Assembly (NCBI GenBank): GCA_004292695.1
Contig: RDXV01000010.1
Coordinates: 1-57,649 of the forward strand
DNA length: 57,649 bases
Source: Nostocales cyanobacterium
GTDB lineage: Bacteria > Cyanobacteriota > Cyanobacteriia > Cyanobacteriales > Nostocaceae
Reading direction: 5' to 3'
Shown here: positions 10,361 through 20,865 of the stretch, piece by piece
How positions within the stretch are numbered: the first letter of the stretch is position 1
How the letters are laid out: each line of letters starts with the position of its first letter
Notes under the pieces: model-generated
Seen by the model: only the letters and a program-made list of their open reading frames with translations
Database searches by the model: none
What the model was told of the DNA's origin: nothing
Made by a program: the position numbers and the translations under genes

Positions 10361-11395
10361 TACATTTTCTCTCCATAAATATGTTTATGATAGCTACAGT
10401 TTGGTGATCGCCAAAAGTCCAGAGTTATAAATAGTCATAAATTTACAAACTTAATTTTTTAATGTCTAACTTGAGATTATTTCTCACTCTTTCAAGCCTA
10501 TTCCTAATTGTCTATTCCCTATTTCTGAAGAAAATCTCTCAGGTTACTTGCAAATTATCCTCATTAAGAGTTATAGTTTGAGTAGCGGTGAGATAATCCA
10601 CAAGTAGCCAGTTTATCAAAAAAGTGAAAAAAATATTAACTGGATTTTTGACAAGAAAAAAATGCTATGTTAGATACAGAACCCCGTTGACTAATTATTG
10701 ATAAGAGTTCGGTTCATCCCACCCTACTAACAGATTAAAAATTTAGTGAAAATTAAAACTTTTAGTAGTATGGGTTGCCTCAATGAGTACATGATAAATG
10801 TAAAGTTAAAATTTCCCAAAAATCGCTCAAACATTTATATTAACTGCATTTCAACTGAGTACAGAGAAATCCTAAACCCCGCTTCATAAATACTCACACC
10901 CTGATATAAAAACACTTGCACCCCCACCCGAAAAAAATTTATTTAATCTTTGCAATCTGCATAGATACTGGGGTTGAGAAATTTGAGTACAAAGGTAATA
11001 TATCCAATAAATTCTATCCTCAAAAGAGAAAAAACCCATTTAAAAAGTGCTGCTATAAATCATTTATCGCCAATTACTTAACGCTCCTTAACAAAAAAGA
11101 AGTGAAAAGTAAGTGGAGGGATGAGATAGCACCATGCCTGAAGTGAATGGAAGTCGCGGCTGTACAACCCAGGTCTAACCAAGACCCAAAGTTAAGACAC
11201 ACCAGCCAAAGCGATCATCCGCCCACCCTGATCTCAATTATGAAATTAAGAGTTGAGATTTTGGAAGAAAATTCACCAAAATTTTCAATAGCGGGCAGAA
11301 CAACCAACAGACGCGGCTTTCAGTTCATAGGCATTGGAAGTAGCAACGGCATCTCCCACAGTGGCCATTTAGTCCACCGACCCTTGCGAAATTCA

Positions 11396-12826
11396 ATGAC
11401 AAACCCGGCTACAGGACTCCTCACCTCCTCCGAACAGGAAGCTAATCTAAAAGCCAAATCAGGCGGTTGTGGCTGCGACAGCACCACAGCACCAGAAATG
11501 GATGAAAAACTCAAAGCGCGTATCGCCAACCATCCCTGTTATAGCGAAGAAGCCCACCACCATTATGCACGGATGCACGTTGCCGTCGCTCCTGCTTGCA
11601 ACATACAATGTAACTATTGTAACCGCAAGTATGACTGTGCAAACGAAAGTCGTCCGGGAGTGGTCAGCGAACTACTGACACCAGAAGAAGCTGCACATAA
11701 AGTATTAGTGGTAGCAAGTAAAATTCCTCAAATGACAGTTTTGGGAATTGCTGGCCCTGGCGATCCTTTAGCAAATCCAGAAAAAACATTTCGTACCTTT
11801 GAGTTGATCGCAGATAAAGCACCAGATATTAAGCTTTGTTTATCAACCAATGGTTTGATGCTACCAGAATATATTGATCGCATCAAACAATTAAATATAG
11901 ATCACGTTACTATTACCCTGAACACCATTGATCCAGAAATAGGCGCTCAAATTTATTCTTGGGTTCACTATAAACGGAAACGTTATAAAGGTGTGGAAGG
12001 TGCAAGAATCTTATTAGAAAAGCAAATGGAAGGCTTACAAGCTCTCCAAGAAGCTGATATTTTGTGTAAAGTTAATTCTGTGATGATTCCCGGAATTAAT
12101 GATCAACATTTAGTGGAAGTTAACAAAGCAATTAGAGAAAAAGGTGCATTCCTGCATAATATCATGCCGTTAATTTCTGCACCGGAACATGGTACACATT
12201 TTGGTTTAACTGGTCAACGTGGACCAAGCAATAAAGAACTAAAAGAAGTACAGGATCAATGTTCTGGAAACATGAAAATGATGCGTCACTGTCGCCAGTG
12301 TCGTGCCGATGCGGTAGGATTATTAGGAGAAGACCGCAGTCAGGAATTTACTAAAGATAAATTCTTGGAAATGTCCCCAGAATATGATCTAGAAAAACGT
12401 CAAGAAGTACATGAAGGTATTGAGAAATTTAGAGCAGAAATCCAACTAGCAAAAGCAAAAGTACAGGCTGAAAAACAAGTAACCAACAAAAAAATTCTCG
12501 TTGCTGTGGCTACTAAAGGCGGTGGTTTAGTTAACCAACACTTTGGTCATGCGAAAGAATTTCAAATCTACGAAGTAGATGGAAAAGAAGTTCGTTATGC
12601 TGGACATCGTAGAATTGATCAATATTGTCAAGGTGGATACGGTGAAGAAGCTACTGCTGATAATATAATGAAAGCAATAGCAGATTGCCAAGCGGTTTTA
12701 GTTTCTAAAATTGGTAATTGTCCTAAAGAGAAATTAAATGCTGCCGGCATACAGACTGTAGAAGCTTACGATGTAATCGAAAAAGTTGCTTTAGAGTTTT
12801 ACGAGCAGTATGTAAAGGCTCATTAG
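11396..12826 (+). CDS. nifB: FeMo-cofactor biosynthesis radical-SAM protein NifB
   Basis: [14 protein letters not shown] radical-SAM motif and a C-terminal NifX/NafY-like domain. The ORF is open from 11147; the Met at 11396 (MTNPATG...GCGC) gives the ~476-aa homolog length; 11240 is an alternative start. Confidence 0.85.
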   Translation: MTNPATGLLTSSEQEANLKAKSGGCGCDSTTAPEMDEKLKARIANHPCYSEEAHHHYARMHVAVAPACNIQCNYCNRKYDCANESRPGVVSELLTPEEAAHKVLVVASKIPQMTVLGIAGPGDPLANPEKTFRTFELIADKAPDIKLCLSTNGLMLPEYIDRIKQLNIDHVTITLNTIDPEIGAQIYSWVHYKRKRYKGVEGARILLEKQMEGLQALQEADILCKVNSVMIPGINDQHLVEVNKAIREKGAFLHNIMPLISAPEHGTHFGLTGQRGPSNKELKEVQDQCSGNMKMMRHCRQCRADAVGLLGEDRSQEFTKDKFLEMSPEYDLEKRQEVHEGIEKFRAEIQLAKAKVQAEKQVTNKKILVAVATKGGGLVNQHFGHAKEFQIYEVDGKEVRYAGHRRIDQYCQGGYGEEATADNIMKAIADCQAVLVSKIGNCPKEKLNAAGIQTVEAYDVIEKVALEFYEQYVKAH

Positions 12827-12835
12827 TAATGAATA

Positions 12836-12895
12836 TTCATGCCAATTACGAATTACGAATTATGAATTACGAATTACGAATTACGAATTACGAAT
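12836..12895. repeat. STRR heptamer tandem repeat (GAATTAC)n
   Basis: About 8 tandem copies between nifB and fdxN. Confidence 0.85.
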
Positions 12896-12950
12896 TGGCA
12901 TCTCTGTTCACCCATTACTACAGCCCAAAACCCTTAAAGGAGAAATAATC

Positions 12951-13289
12951 ATGGCTTACACAATTACTAGCCAGTGTATTTCCTGCAACCTTTGTGTGTC
13001 TGTATGTCCTAATGGTGCAATTCAAGAAATTGAAGGTAGACACGTTATAGACTCGGAACGTTGTACAAACTGTGCAGATAGTATTTACACAGTTCCTCAA
13101 TGTAAAGCAGTTTGTCCTACTGCTAATGGCTGTGTAGAAAAATTAAGTGACTACTGGGATATTTGGTTTGCTACATACAACCGAGTGATGGCAAAGTTAA
13201 CCAATAAACAAGATTATTGGGAACGGTGGTACAACATTTATTCCCAGAAGTTATCTGAACAATTGAAAAAAAATCAAGCAATGATTTAG
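12951..13289 (+). CDS. fdxN: 2[4Fe-4S] ferredoxin FdxN (uninterrupted)
   Basis: Two CxxCxxCxxxCP clusters; lies between nifB and nifS. Confidence 0.85.
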   Translation: MAYTITSQCISCNLCVSVCPNGAIQEIEGRHVIDSERCTNCADSIYTVPQCKAVCPTANGCVEKLSDYWDIWFATYNRVMAKLTNKQDYWERWYNIYSQKLSEQLKKNQAMI

Positions 13290-13385
13290 GTAATGGGTAA
13301 TTGGTAATGGGTAATTGGTAATTGGTAATTGGTAATATTATTACTTCTTTCCTGTTCCCTGTTCCCTGTTCCCTATTCCCTATTC
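13289..13385. repeat. STRR heptamer repeats (GGTAATT/GGTAATG)n then (TTCCCTG/TTCCCTA)n
   Basis: Tandem heptamers read directly in the sequence. Confidence 0.85.
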
Positions 13386-13416
13386 ACAATAAACAATAAA
13401 ACATAACTAAGAACTT

Positions 13417-14637
13417 ATGAGTGAAATGTTAAAGAATTGCATCTATCTCGATAATAATGCAACTACAAAAGTAGATCCTCAAGTTTTGGAAGCTATGCTA
13501 CCTTACTTGACTGACTACTATGCTAATCCTTCTAGTATGCACACTTTTGGTGGACAACTTGCTAAAAATGTGAAGATTGCTAGAGAAAATGTTGCAGCTT
13601 TATTAGGTGCAGAAGATTCTTCCGAAATTGTCTTTACAAGTTGTGGAACTGAAGGTGATAATGCAGCTATTAGGGCGGCGTTATTAGCTCAACCAGAAAA
13701 ACGCCACATCATCACTTCCCAGGTAGAACATCCGGCTGTTTTAAATGTTTGTAAACAGTTGGAAAGTCAAGGTTATCAAGTTACTTATTTGTCTGTTAAT
13801 AATAAGGGACAAATAGACTTGAATGAGTTAGAGGCTTCTCTTACTGGCAACACTGCTTTAGTAACAGTAATGTATGCCAATAATGAAACCGGCACAATTT
13901 TTCCAATTGAAGAAATTGGTGCTAGAGTAAAAGAGTATGGAGCTATCTTTCACGTTGACGCAGTACAAGCGGTAGGTAAAGTACCCTTGAATATGAAGAC
14001 CAGCACAATTGATATGTTAACCATATCTGGTCATAAAATTCACGCTCCCAAGGGTATTGGTGCTTTGTATGTGAAACGTGGTGTGAGATTCCGTCCTTTC
14101 TTAATTGGTGGACATCAAGAAAGAGGACGCAGAGCAGGTACTGAAAATGTTCCCGGAATTATCGCTTTGGGTAAGGCTGCGGAACTGGAAATGTTACATT
14201 TAGAAGAGGCGACAAAGAGAGAAAGAAAATTACGCGATCGCCTTGAACAAAGTTTACTAGCTAAGATTCCTAATTGTGAAGTAAATGGTGATGTAAATAA
14301 TAGATTGCCTAACACTTCTAACATCGGTTTCAAATATATTGAAGGTGAAGCAATTCTGTTACTTTTGAATAAGCACGGTATTTGTGCTTCCTCTGGTTCT
14401 GCTTGTACTTCGGGTTCTCTTGAACCATCTCACGTTTTACGAGCAATGGGTTTACCCTACACTACTTTACATGGTTCAATTCGCTTCAGTCTTTGTCGCT
14501 ACACCACTGAAGAAGAAGTTGATCAAGTAATTGCAGTAATGCCAGAAATTGTTGAAAAACTGCGTGCATTATCTCCCTTCAAAAATGATGATGCAGGTTG
14601 GTTACAACAGCAAGAGCAAACTTTAGTAAATCGGTAA
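13417..14637 (+). CDS. nifS: cysteine desulfurase NifS
   Basis: Class V aminotransferase with the SGHK PLP-lysine motif and an SSGSACTS active-site Cys loop. Confidence 0.9.
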   Translation: MSEMLKNCIYLDNNATTKVDPQVLEAMLPYLTDYYANPSSMHTFGGQLAKNVKIARENVAALLGAEDSSEIVFTSCGTEGDNAAIRAALLAQPEKRHIITSQVEHPAVLNVCKQLESQGYQVTYLSVNNKGQIDLNELEASLTGNTALVTVMYANNETGTIFPIEEIGARVKEYGAIFHVDAVQAVGKVPLNMKTSTIDMLTISGHKIHAPKGIGALYVKRGVRFRPFLIGGHQERGRRAGTENVPGIIALGKAAELEMLHLEEATKRERKLRDRLEQSLLAKIPNCEVNGDVNNRLPNTSNIGFKYIEGEAILLLLNKHGICASSGSACTSGSLEPSHVLRAMGLPYTTLHGSIRFSLCRYTTEEEVDQVIAVMPEIVEKLRALSPFKNDDAGWLQQQEQTLVNR

Positions 14638-14770
<133 letters not shown>

Positions 14771-14791
14771 TACTTTTTCTTAAAAGCAACT

Positions 14792-15706
14792 ATGTGGGAC
14801 TACACTGATAAGGTATTAGAATTATTTTACGAACCCAAAAATCAAGGGGCAATTGAAGATACAAAAGAACCTGGTGTAAAGGTTTCTGTGGGTGATGTAG
14901 GAAGTATCGCTTGTGGTGATGCTTTAAGATTACATTTGAAAATTGAAGAAGCAACCGATAAAATTCTTGATGCTCGTTTTCAAACTTTTGGTTGCACCAG
15001 TGCGATCGCCTCTTCTAGTGCTTTAACTGAAATGGTTAAAGGTCTAACTTTAGATGCAGCTTTGCAGGTGACAAATAAGGAAATTGCTGATTATTTAGGC
15101 GGTTTACCTGAAGCAAAAATGCACTGTTCTGTAATGGGACAGGAAGCTTTAGAAGCTGCCATTTATAACTATCGTGGCATTCCTTTAGAAGCCCATGAGG
15201 ACGATGATGAAGGTGTCCTAATCTGTAGCTGTTTCGGAATCACAGATGCTAAGATAAAGAAAGCAGTAAGACAGAATAACCTCTTCAGTGCAGAACAGGT
15301 AACAAATTATGTAAAAGCTGGTGGCGGATGCGGTTCTTGTTTAGCGAAGATTGATGATATAATAAAGGAAGTTAAGCAAGAGTACGAGAAAGAAATCGCA
15401 AGTACAAATAGCGCAACAGCTAACAAAGAAATTTCAAGTTTAGGTAATAATTTAGGGCAACAAAAACCATTAACTAATGTACAAAGAATTGCCCTAATTC
15501 AAAAAGTATTAGATGAAGAAGTCCGACCCGTTTTAATCGCTGATGGGGGAGATGTTGAACTCTACGATATTGAAGGCGATAAAGTAAAAGTAATTCTTAA
15601 AGGTGCTTGTGGTTCATGTCCAAGTAGCACTGCAACTTTAAAGATTGCGATTGAATCAAGATTACGCGATCGCATTAGTAAAGACATCATTGTTGAAGAA
15701 GTTTAG
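14792..15706 (+). CDS. nifU: Fe-S cluster scaffold NifU
   Basis: N-terminal IscU-like domain, central 2Fe-2S domain and C-terminal Nfu domain (CGSCPSS). Confidence 0.9.
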   Translation: MWDYTDKVLELFYEPKNQGAIEDTKEPGVKVSVGDVGSIACGDALRLHLKIEEATDKILDARFQTFGCTSAIASSSALTEMVKGLTLDAALQVTNKEIADYLGGLPEAKMHCSVMGQEALEAAIYNYRGIPLEAHEDDDEGVLICSCFGITDAKIKKAVRQNNLFSAEQVTNYVKAGGGCGSCLAKIDDIIKEVKQEYEKEIASTNSATANKEISSLGNNLGQQKPLTNVQRIALIQKVLDEEVRPVLIADGGDVELYDIEGDKVKVILKGACGSCPSSTATLKIAIESRLRDRISKDIIVEEV

Positions 15707-15714
15707 ACAATAGA

Positions 15715-15810
15715 AAGAGGGAACAGGGAATAGGGAACAGGGAACAGAAAAAAGGCAATATTAATCTGATTTTTATTCTCCCTCCTGACTCCTGACTCCT
15801 GACTCCTTCT
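15715..15810. repeat. STRR heptamer repeats (GGGAACA/GGGAATA)n then (CTCCTGA)n
   Basis: Tandem heptamers. Confidence 0.8.
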
Positions 15811-15975
15811 CAAAAAATTCCTTACAACTCCATAAACACTATGAAAGCAACACTCAATTTATGTTTGGTAGAGCGATCGCCTCCATAAACTGCGACGTTC
15901 TATTACACGCTCACTGCCGTAGATACAAGGCGTGAGAAACCAACAAACAAAAGACCAGTAAACCACTAATACTAG

Positions 15976-16422
<447 letters not shown>

Positions 16423-16709
16423 TAAGGGGGGTTGTTTAGGGTTTTTGTTGGTGCAATTGTTTGAGGAATTTTGTTTTTTTGTTCCCTATTTTTGCCCTGG
16501 GATTTTTTGGGAAAATGGGGTTTTTGTTTGGGTTTTATGTCTTGGTTTTACCCTATTTTTTACCTTGTGTCAAGGGGGATACATGATTTTTGATAAATGG
16601 GTTACTGATTTTTTGAAACAGTTCTAACAGTTGAATGCAAATACCTATCATAATTTCAGCTAATAGCTACCACAACATTGATGGGTATTTAAGCAGATAT
16701 GATATCACT

Positions 16710-17663
16710 CTACTTTTTTGGGAATGTCCTATAAGTTAAGTCCCAATTTCCATTTGACATTGTGATAAAGTCTTCTCGACAGTTGCGATTGGAAAACTGA
16801 CGCAAAATTTCACCACTGATATATTGAGTATTCATCAAAAATTTACCAAGATCCAAGCGTGAAAATTTTTGAGCTTCATACCGACTTTTAACATAGTCTG
16901 GTAATTGCTGAACTACGAATAGTAGAGTTTCTCTATTGAGATTAGGTAAATAATCAGCAGTTTTATTCACCAAATTTTTAAGATTATGCCCGTAGTCCTC
17001 CTTTTTATTTTTATCTTTTTCATTTTTAGGTTTTTTATTTGCCAAAGTTTCTTCATCAACACCTTTAGCCATTAGAGAACCTTTCAAAAGTAACTCAGTT
17101 GAAAGACAACAGTTTTGAATTACGGCGTATTTATTGAATGAGCCTAGAAGTATTGCCGCTGCTGCTTCAAGGTGCTGTTTTGCTAGATACCACCATTCCA
17201 CTGTTTTATTTGGCAGGTTTCCCATTTTTTCAACATCATCGAGTCCATACGCAAAATCCATCAGATCGATAACCTGGTCGAAGAATTTTAAGCCAGTCTG
17301 TTGATCATTAAACAGCCATTGTTTTTGTATATCAGGTACGTCTATTAGAAAATCTACTGGATTAATTGCTGGTGAGCCATAAATAAGTGGTATACGTAGA
17401 GGAAAAAAGACATCTCGAAATATGAATGCTCCGATATGTATAGGTGGCATTACCAAATCTGTTAAACGATATAGTTCTTTGTATATCTGATTTACGGCAT
17501 TGAATAGCGGATCATGCTCAAGTATAACACTGCTACCAGGATTCAACCGCTGTGCAATTATTAAGTAAGTGGCTTGTGGACGTTGAAATGGTTCTATCCC
17601 TTTTTGAATAAGCTCGTCATCTACTTCGATTACAAGTTTCATCAAATCAATTTCTTCTGTCAC
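16710..17663 (-). CDS. hypothetical protein (cargo of nifH element)
   Basis: 317-aa ORF with no confident family assignment; divergent from the 17833 ORF. Confidence 0.45.
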   Translation of the reverse strand: MTEEIDLMKLVIEVDDELIQKGIEPFQRPQATYLIIAQRLNPGSSVILEHDPLFNAVNQIYKELYRLTDLVMPPIHIGAFIFRDVFFPLRIPLIYGSPAINPVDFLIDVPDIQKQWLFNDQQTGLKFFDQVIDLMDFAYGLDDVEKMGNLPNKTVEWWYLAKQHLEAAAAILLGSFNKYAVIQNCCLSTELLLKGSLMAKGVDEETLANKKPKNEKDKNKKEDYGHNLKNLVNKTADYLPNLNRETLLFVVQQLPDYVKSRYEAQKFSRLDLGKFLMNTQYISGEILRQFSNRNCREDFITMSNGNWDLTYRTFPKK

Positions 17664-17832
17664 TTCTGCACTCCGAGCAAAAATTTACACTACACAGTAT
17701 AATTGTATATGATGTTGCAAGCAAGTGTTTTCTTACAGTTGCTTCGGGAAATTTGATTGCATGGGTGGTTTTTTGTCTATCCTATTTGTCAAATTAAACT
17801 TTTCACTAAAGTAAACATGAGGATCTTCTATT

Positions 17833-18501
17833 ATGTCACTTTTAAAGCTACTACAAACATTCATTTCTGGTACTCATAATCCTGAATTGGATGCGGCACG
17901 AATAAAGCATGATAGCTTGCCTAAAACTGAATATGGTAAGGGTGAGAGACTTTCAAAAGATGAATTAGATAAGGATAAACAGATAACTTTCCAGAGAGGT
18001 TATGAGTTGGGGCAGATTTTGAGTGCAGCTATAAAAGAACACTACTCTCCTCCAGAACAACAGCGAGTTATTGATAGTCTGATGAGAGCGATGATATACC
18101 TTGGTAATAAAGCCAGGATATTTCCTGATATGGATTATGAGAATATCTGGTACACAGATTACTACGACCTAATTGAATTAGCCAAAGATATGGGTTTAGG
18201 GGATGATACTTTACCTCACTGGCCTGAAGAGTCAAATCGCTTCAATCGCTATCTAGAGCTAACCACCTCTGATCTGGTTCAAATATTTCTTGGTTTTTTT
18301 GAGGAGGCTTTGCTTGATGAGTATAAATTTGGGGCAGATTTGGATAGGTGGGTGAAGTATTTATTAAGGGAAACTTTGAAGTCTAGACAGAGGTTAGCCC
18401 GTGAACGACAAAAGCACGATGAAGCTTTCCGTTTTTCTCCTCAAATTTTAAAGACAACTGAGCAGAATAAAAGCGATAACAGTCATATATTTGAACGTTA
18501 A
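17833..18501 (+). CDS. hypothetical protein (cargo of nifH element)
   Basis: 222-aa ORF; divergent partner of 16710..17663. Confidence 0.45.
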   Translation: MSLLKLLQTFISGTHNPELDAARIKHDSLPKTEYGKGERLSKDELDKDKQITFQRGYELGQILSAAIKEHYSPPEQQRVIDSLMRAMIYLGNKARIFPDMDYENIWYTDYYDLIELAKDMGLGDDTLPHWPEESNRFNRYLELTTSDLVQIFLGFFEEALLDEYKFGADLDRWVKYLLRETLKSRQRLARERQKHDEAFRFSPQILKTTEQNKSDNSHIFER

Positions 18502-18506
18502 AAGGT

Positions 18507-18640
18507 TTTCTGGTATGTGGGTTATGGGTGCGATCACATTTCCGATGTTGTGGTTTTAGTGCGATCGCTTTTCTGGTGTGTGGGTTGTGATGTGCGATCG
18601 CTTTTCTGATGTTGTGGTGTAGGTGCGATCGCAGCACTAT
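18507..18640. repeat. ~31-33-bp imperfect tandem repeat x4, each unit starting with HIP1 GCGATCGC
   Basis: gcgatcgcttttctg(g/a)tgt(g)tgg... repeated. Confidence 0.8.
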
Positions 18641-19122
18641 TCACCAACTAATTTAAGTGCTGACTCTAACACTTGTGTACTAACTCTAAAACCAACCTCT
18701 GGAAGTTGTTCAAAAATTGGCCTAGCAGCTTTTAGCTTACCCTCTTGTTTAGCAAGTAAAATAACACCTAAAGTTCCCCGTACAGGAATTTCTAAAGCAA
18801 CTGCGGCTATTTTGGCAGCACGATCATCTATAATTGCTTCATATCCAGGATTTTTATATACGCAGCTAAGAACATGACTTTCACCTAAACCAAGATCCCA
18901 TGCAGCAATTGATATATCAATCTGATCCACGTCTCGAATATAGATAGATCCTTGATTATTTATCCAAATTTTTGCCGGATCATTATCAGGTGCAATACAT
19001 ATTTCTTGAACAACACCACTGGGAATAATCAATTCATTACAAAGTTCTTGCAGTAGATGGACTTGATTAATTTTAGTTAATACAATTAATGGTGAACTAT
19101 TTACCACCCATTTTCTATTCAC
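18637..19122 (-). CDS. DUF3368-family PIN-like protein (putative toxin)
   Basis: 161 aa; overlaps the upstream UPF0175 ORF by 8 nt, the canonical UPF0175/DUF3368 pair. Confidence 0.6.
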   Translation of the reverse strand: MNRKWVVNSSPLIVLTKINQVHLLQELCNELIIPSGVVQEICIAPDNDPAKIWINNQGSIYIRDVDQIDISIAAWDLGLGESHVLSCVYKNPGYEAIIDDRAAKIAAVALEIPVRGTLGVILLAKQEGKLKAARPIFEQLPEVGFRVSTQVLESALKLVGE

Positions 19123-19390
19123 GCGCTAACTCCTCAGCTAATTCTTCAGGAGTAACCTGAAAAGGTGAAACATGATAACGGTGAAGTGCTTCTAAAAATT
19201 GATGACGACTAACACCAGCAATTTCAGACGCTTTAGATTGGGAAATCATACCAACTTCATACCATTTTACAGCAGCAGCTAAACGCATTTCTTGAACAAA
19301 ATTTTCTGGGTTACTGCGAAGGGCAGAAAAAACATCATTGGGAAGTTCAACATTGATGTTTATAGTCATAGCGTTAAATTTATTGAACAT
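19115..19390 (-). CDS. UPF0175-family antitoxin
   Basis: 91 aa with a C-terminal HTH-like segment; paired with DUF3368. Confidence 0.6.
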   Translation of the reverse strand: MFNKFNAMTININVELPNDVFSALRSNPENFVQEMRLAAAVKWYEVGMISQSKASEIAGVSRHQFLEALHRYHVSPFQVTPEELAEELARE

Positions 19391-19552
19391 TTTTATGATG
19401 TTAACATAAACTCAGTCAATTTGATTTAAAATAGCAATATTGTTTCAAATTTTGATAAACTCAAAGTTCAATGTAAGTGATTTAATGTTATAATTGCTAA
19501 AAAGTATCTATTTCTGAGCATTATTAATTAAAACATCAGTAAGGAGAAAAAG

Positions 19553-19810
19553 ATGCAAATTGTAGTTAAACCCGATCAAGGAAAATACATTCTTGAAAAA
19601 CTACAAGAAGGTAAGTATAAAAATGTTGATGAGTTATTATCTGTAGCTTTTAAACTTTTAGAACAACATGATGAAAAAGAAAAGCAACTTAGTGAATTAA
19701 GACGAAAAATTGCTGAAGGAACAAAACAACTTCGGCAAGGTGAAGTAATTGAAGGTGAATTAGTTTTTCAACAATTACGAGAAAAGTTAAATTCTGTGGA
19801 GTTAATATAA
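19553..19810 (+). CDS. ParD-like (RHH) antitoxin, orphan
   Basis: 85 aa with a GKYKNVDELLSVAFKLLEQHDEK...LRRKIAEG pattern like ParD. Confidence 0.5.
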   Translation: MQIVVKPDQGKYILEKLQEGKYKNVDELLSVAFKLLEQHDEKEKQLSELRRKIAEGTKQLRQGEVIEGELVFQQLREKLNSVELI

Positions 19811-20034
19811 TGCAGAACTCAATATCTAATCACTTCACTATTGAAATTGAACAAGAAGAAGATGGACGTTGGATAGCAGAAATTTTAGAAATACCTGGTG
19901 TTTTAGCTTATGGTTCAACTCAACAACAAGCAATATCTAACGTGCAAGCTTTAGCTTTGCGAGTAATTGCTGATAAACTGGAACATGGGGAAATGAACTT
20001 AGGATTAACAAGTCTCACCTTTATTGCTGCGTAG
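19810..20034 (+). CDS. HicB-like (UPF0150) antitoxin, orphan
   Basis: 74 aa; IEIEQEEDGRWIAEILEIPGVLAYGSTQQQAISNV matches the HicB N-domain; the start overlaps the ParD-like stop (TAATG). Confidence 0.5.
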   Translation: MQNSISNHFTIEIEQEEDGRWIAEILEIPGVLAYGSTQQQAISNVQALALRVIADKLEHGEMNLGLTSLTFIAA

Positions 20035-20153
20035 AGGGCGGGAATATGAGTCAATTTGCATCTCTCATTGAAGTTATAGGTGTTTTAATTGAAAACTATG
20101 AAAATCAACATATTCCTGAATTGTAATTAATTATTTATTAATTAATTAACTAA

Positions 20154-20759
20154 CTATCCTCCATTTTGTACCATCCAAACCAACATCCCTAAAATTTCAT
20201 CTACAGGAGGTAAAGGATAATCAGCTAAATCAATAGTCACAATATCACCCTCTAACTTTAAAAATCGCCATTGTGTACCGCTACTAATTGCACCATAAAC
20301 AACACTAAGAGGATTATGTTTAGCAATATTAAATCTCTGTGCGGCTACCATCTCTGCAATACACTGTCCAAACCCAGTTCTTAAATCTGCTTTTTTTGCT
20401 TCAACAATTACAATTACAGGTGCTTCAATTTCTAAAACTTCAGAAGAACGACTTAACAAAAAATCACATATTCCATTTAGCCCCACTGATTCATCAACAG
20501 TAAAATCTTCACCAGAAAATAAACTAATTTGCCGATTTAAAATTCTTCTTACTTCTAACAAAACCGGATAAATAATCCCTTCAGAACGTGCTTTTTCACT
20601 AGCAGAAGCAGCAAGAGGTAAACTTTCTGCTAAATATGCTGTTAAAGTCGTAGATGGTTCAATTTTGGCAACTTCAGGAATAAAACGTCCACCTTCCTGA
20701 GTTTTTAAACCAAAAGCTTCTTTAACCTTACTTATAGATGTAAATTGACTATAAGACAT
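20154..20759 (-). CDS. PD-(D/E)XK-like nuclease-fold hypothetical protein
   Basis: CDFLL...EIEAPVIVIVEAKK pattern (D...E-x-K). Confidence 0.4.
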   Translation of the reverse strand: MSYSQFTSISKVKEAFGLKTQEGGRFIPEVAKIEPSTTLTAYLAESLPLAASASEKARSEGIIYPVLLEVRRILNRQISLFSGEDFTVDESVGLNGICDFLLSRSSEVLEIEAPVIVIVEAKKADLRTGFGQCIAEMVAAQRFNIAKHNPLSVVYGAISSGTQWRFLKLEGDIVTIDLADYPLPPVDEILGMLVWMVQNGG

Positions 20760-20865
20760 AAATCTATAAAATTTGATTCTTTAAAATTGTTATTTTATAT
20801 AATTATACAATATTTTAAAAAAAATTAATGGCTTTCCTAAGATATAAGATATGGTATAAAATACT

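Noticed and set aside
10916-11146. 76-aa ORF upstream of nifB
   Set aside because: Lies in the nifB leader/promoter region and runs into the extended nifB frame. It has a K-rich low-complexity composition and no supporting features.
11320-11678. ORFs 11320..11529 (-) and 11469..11678 (+) from the six-frame track
   Set aside because: They lie entirely inside the well-supported nifB coding frame or its antisense and show no family features.
12918-13100. 60-aa ORF antisense to fdxN
   Set aside because: It is antisense to a strongly supported ferredoxin gene and is low-complexity.
12951-13289. Expectation of a 55-kb fdxN element by analogy with Anabaena PCC 7120
   Set aside because: The fdxN ORF is continuous with both Cys clusters intact, so no element is present here.
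14115-14333. 72-aa ORF antisense within nifS
   Set aside because: Antisense shadow ORF of a conserved gene.
18383-18877. ORFs 18383..18637 (-) and 18623..18877 (+)
   Set aside because: The first spans the HIP1-containing tandem repeats (H/R/K-rich repeat translation). The second is antisense to the DUF3368 gene.
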